DNA of 64,000 bases from Takakia lepidozioides (taxonomy: Eukaryota > Plantae > Bryophyta), in the NCBI GenBank assembly GCA_030704615.1, contig CM060734.1:5580001-5644000 (forward strand), given 5' to 3'. Each line of letters starts with the position of its first letter. The first letter of the stretch is position 1. The notes under the pieces are model-generated. The model was given only the letters and a program-made list of their open reading frames with translations, was not told where the DNA came from and did not search any database. Positions 59,916-64,000 of this stretch are shown here, piece after piece. The translations under genes and the position numbers were made by a program.

Positions 59916-60315
59916 AGCTTATTTCAAAAGTAGGTTGTGGATCAGGTTGCAAGTAGCCGTCTTTTGTGATGCACTGACCAGGACAGCTTGAAGGCGTAGA
60001 GGCCCTTCCATCTCAAAGTGACTCGTGTGCCCAGGAGACTGCGACCATTCAGGCCCCGGTGTAGCAATGCTTTTGCGAGCTTGCTTTTGCACACCTCCCC
60101 AATCGCTTTTCCTACTTACCTGCAAATGGGACTGACTAAGGACCTGGCCACACAGGGGGGTTACGTGCTGGAACCGGCCAGCTAACCCCCACTTCTCACT
60201 TAACGGGGGCCGCAGAGGCGATCCTCCGACGCGGAATTTTCGGATCCTGTCGGGGGCTGACTATCGGATTTTGAGTCGAAGTAGGGGGTTACGAACTGTT
60301 GAAAACTAGCTCCGT

Positions 60316-62170
60316 TTGGGGTTGGTGTGGATGAAAGAAGACATGAAAGTGGATGATATTTCACGTTCCCAACATGTCATCATATACCGCTCCACGCTCG
60401 CTCCCAACCCTCGTCTTCAGATGGTGTCGTCGTTGGGGCGGAGAGGAAGGTACAGCTGCGTTTCGAGCTATGGTGGGCTTCTTGTGACTTGCAAGCCAGA
60501 TTTTTTCTTCTTACTCTTGAGCATTCCATTTCCCGGTCCCTGGTTGATGCAGTGTATAAAATGGACACATTCGTCTTGTAACGAAGGGGAAAGCCATAAA
60601 GGGAATGTTTCTATCTGCTGCATTTGGCTCAAGTACTGCCAGCGATCTCTTCTTGTTTCGTGGTAAGAATGGAACTTGTTCACCAATTATGTCAATTTTC
60701 ATACTTCAGGAGTAGAAAAGTATAAATTCTGAATTGGCATCTTGTTGACACGGGGCTCAAGCAAATATCGGTAACCACCAAAACCTCTTAACTCAGTTTC
60801 TAATGCAACATCGATGTTGTTGGCATTTATCCGTGAGAGACACTGCGAGTTGGACAACATGTCTCAAGCTCATTGGGGAGATATATTTTCTGGCTTGATA
60901 CTGCTACTGAATAATCAAGAAGATAGTGTACGTATGGGGTTGATAAGACTGGTTACAATTAATCTGATTGATGGAGGGATCTTTTGGCAGGATGGTGAGA
61001 GAGGCCCATGCAAAAGGTGCCGACATTGTGCTCATTCAGGTACACCTCATGCTATAGCTTGTCTATGTCTAGCTAACTTGTGGGTTCCTGCAAGCGTTCG
61101 AAATTCAGCTGTAAGTAGAGTTTAAATACTTCTTCATGAGTTGAGGCAAACTTGCTCTTCTATAGACCTATCAAGCTGTTTGTTGTTCCTACCTTTCTCA
61201 ATTGATGTAGTCTTGATGGTGTGGTGGGTTCTACCAGGGCAACCAAGATCGATCAACGGGCAAAACATGAAGCTCTTTATAGTGGCAAGCAAGTGGTGAT
61301 TCATTCAGGGTCGACATATTACTTGGTGCCATTAGTTTGGCTCTCCAAGTGGCGCACATATCTGGGAGCAAGCTGATCCATGATATAGCAGGTTGTGTCC
61401 GTCTCAAGGCGCTGGACAAGGTATTTTTGAGGTGGGTTTGTATCATTTGTGATGATTCTCGCTCATATTTTGATCGGCCAGAACTAAGGTCCAACAAGAT
61501 CTGGAAGCTCCTTTCTTCAAGGTCATGTCTGACAAAAACTATGAACCAGCTCATTATTTCTGGTAATCTTGCTACCGTTTGATGGGCTGAGACAAGAATG
61601 TGCTAGCGGTGGATGAACCTGTTGGACTTGAAGGGTTCATCTTGTCCCTTCTCCTGTTAGAAGGTGAACCATTGTCATGTGGGCTTGTTGGCTTTTGTCC
61701 TTTGATGATCAGTATGCAGAGCTGTCAGCTGGGTTTCTTCCGGAAGTAGACACTATCAGCTGGCCCAAACTTGTTGGGTAATTTCCTTGTGCATGTCAAA
61801 AGTACATTTTTGTAGTTGATCTGCATAAGGATCTAACACAGGCTTTACCTGTAAATTCTTCAGCATGAAGGGATGCTCTTCAGACCTCCGACTTTGTTGA
61901 GAACACGACGGGGTGATCTTGTTCAGAGGAATTCCAGTGTAAGTGGCCACCCTCCTGTGAGAGGTGGCTCTTTGTGTGTGAAAATTGTTCTGGGCTGCGT
62001 GACTCTCTTTTTGCAAGGCTTGTTTAAAATCTATAACCCTCTTGGCATTGTCTCATGTTGCTTCAACGCTGCTGTGTATATCCCAAGTGCCACCTGTCGT
62101 ACCTTCCCCTGCATACAGTGTTCTTGATCTTGGTTCCACATGCTAAGGGACCCCATTTCATAATTGAAAG
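60316..62170 (+). pseudogene. Degenerate Cys-rich ORF of unknown function, probably transposon-borne
   Basis: Successive coding-like + strand pieces (60316, 60814, 61337, 61873) with CxxC motifs. Confidence 0.35.
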
Positions 62171-62975
62171 CATGTGATTGGAATTTGTCATGTGTGCTGC
62201 ACACAGAATAATTTCAATACTGTTGTAGTGGGGTTAAGAATGCTCCTTGATGCAGTTGAGACCCTTTTTTTGTTCAGTAGATATCAAAGAGAAGGCCAAG
62301 CACCAGTGCAAATGTCCATGCAATTAACAAATTACATGTGGCTTGCCTCTTGACATGTGCAATAACCATCAACAAGTCAGCTATGCAGCTTGAGCTGGCA
62401 GCCAGTGTCTTGAAGATACATCATGGTGTTTGTGCTAGCCTGGAGCCTACTGACTGATATGTGAATATCAGCATGCTGAAGGAATGTATGACAATGAATG
62501 TATTGCCCTTCTTTAGCAATGGAAGGTCCAAGTGATCCATGAAACTTACCAACTTGACGGTGATAATGGGTACTCTTTGTTACCTGATGTGAGCAGGATT
62601 TGCAAGTGAAGTCATCACCACCACTGCAACCGCCACCACCGCCACAACCACCTACTGACCCTGCCATTATTTCACTTCAGGTTAGATGCCTTGCTTCGCT
62701 GGCTTCCTTTGCTTTTCCTCTACAGTCACTTACAATAGTCTGTTCATTGCGCTGCCCATTGCTTTCTTGGCTTTGTTGGTTTCATGTGTTAATGCCAGCT
62801 CTCTGCTGTGAGGGCTGCTGCTGTGCCCTGGGAACTCCAGGCTGAGATGTATACACTCGTGGACTAATCTTTGTTTGATGCCCGTGGGTGTGCATCATAA
62901 TGAACATTTGTGGCATTGGTCAATAACTAAACTAACCTCTGCTGCCTGCATGTGCAGTTATATAGTTGTTCAGCG

Positions 62976-64000
62976 ATGGAGGATGTGGAGGGCGTCAACA
63001 ATGCCTACACCGAGTCCCAGCTTCCGGACTCCTGCGACACATTTGAGGAGACCCTTGCTCCTGACGTGGGTGCCTTTAGTCAACCAGCTGCCTCCAATGC
63101 AGGGACAGGAAGGGGAGGAGCTCCAGCTCGTGGTCATGGTAGGCGGGGGGGGAGTCCGGCGGAGCTGCACCGCAAGCAAAAGTCCGAGGACCGAATTGGA
63201 CAGAAGGAGAAGCCCTCATTCTTATAAAGCAGAAACGGCTGGAGTACGAGGACCGCCACCACCCAAACACAACCACCAGCAAAAAAATTGTCTATGGCAA
63301 GGACGCGTGGAAGAGCATAATGGAGGGGTGTCATGGAGTTGCAGAATTCAGACTGAGGGATGTGGAGCAAATTATCAACAAATGGGACACATTGCAGAAG
63401 CAATTCAAAAAATTGAAAGATTACTTGAGCTCCAGCGGAGCTAGTCCGTGGTGGGGGCTGTCCAAGGTGGAAAAGGTTGAAATTGTGAGGACCAGAAGAC
63501 TCCCTCTTGAACTTTCTGAGGCCATGTACAATGCAATGGACCCGTGGTTTGGGCAGAGGACAATATTTTCTACAACAATGCACACAGTTGTTGACACCGA
63601 TCGGAGGGCTTCCAACACCCCACAACGATTTTTACGTGCAGGCACCTCTTCTTCTATAGGCACAGCCACCCCTGTTGGTACTAGTACACTGCCATCCAGC
63701 ACCCCTACTGTCTCGGAGACAACCACTACGTCCTTGAGTGCACTGCAGCAGACACCTGCAACCTCCACTCCTGGCGATGGCACACCAGGTTCTAGTGGAC
63801 GGAAACGAAGGCAAATGGGGACTAACAACCTCGTCGACTTTGTTAAAGATTTTAACAACGACTACATGGGGCGAATGGAGGCTCAGGAAGTGGGACAGAA
63901 GAACATGGAGATCAAATGTCCTTGCTCTTGACAGGGAGCGTGAGTCCATGCTTGCCATGCTAGAAGCAAGTTTGGCTAGTATGGAGGAGAGGCTATACCA
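62976..64000 (+). pseudogene. Trihelix/Myb-SANT-like protein (Harbinger ORF2-type), frameshifted, runs off the window
   Basis: KDAWKSIMEGC...RDVEQIINKWDTLQKQFKKLKDY...PWWGLSKVEK...RLPLEL...YNAM matches the trihelix GT/Myb_DNA-bind_4 pattern. Confidence 0.75.

Overview
Eukaryotic, transposon-saturated DNA with no intact host gene. The PLS-type PPR fragment and the TE families suggest a non-seed land plant (inference). Left to right: the 3' end of a Ty3/Gypsy element with its LTR (1-3122); a degenerate minus-strand gag-protease element (3376-7799); an old pair of LTR-like repeats; a very young non-autonomous LTR element (10570-18893) inserted in one of them; orphan CACTA ends; a second gag-protease remnant; a MULE-like transposase split by nested Galadriel-type chromoviruses (28275-34594); LINE-like remnants; a complete PIF/Harbinger element (43827-55735) carrying a full-length chromovirus and a ~191-bp tandem array; a Dualen/RandI-like LINE fragment with RNase H and a PCIF1-like methyltransferase domain; and a trihelix/Myb-SANT ORF at the right edge. 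The most unusual object is the 10570-18893 element. Its LTRs are circularly permuted: a perfect 20-bp palindromic att junction follows the PPT, the 5' LTR lacks the terminal CACACTACA, and the outer 3' end reads U5+T+CACACTACA. This is the architecture expected if it integrated from a 2-LTR circle. It also encodes a Gag fused to captured PLS-PPR repeats instead of pol.
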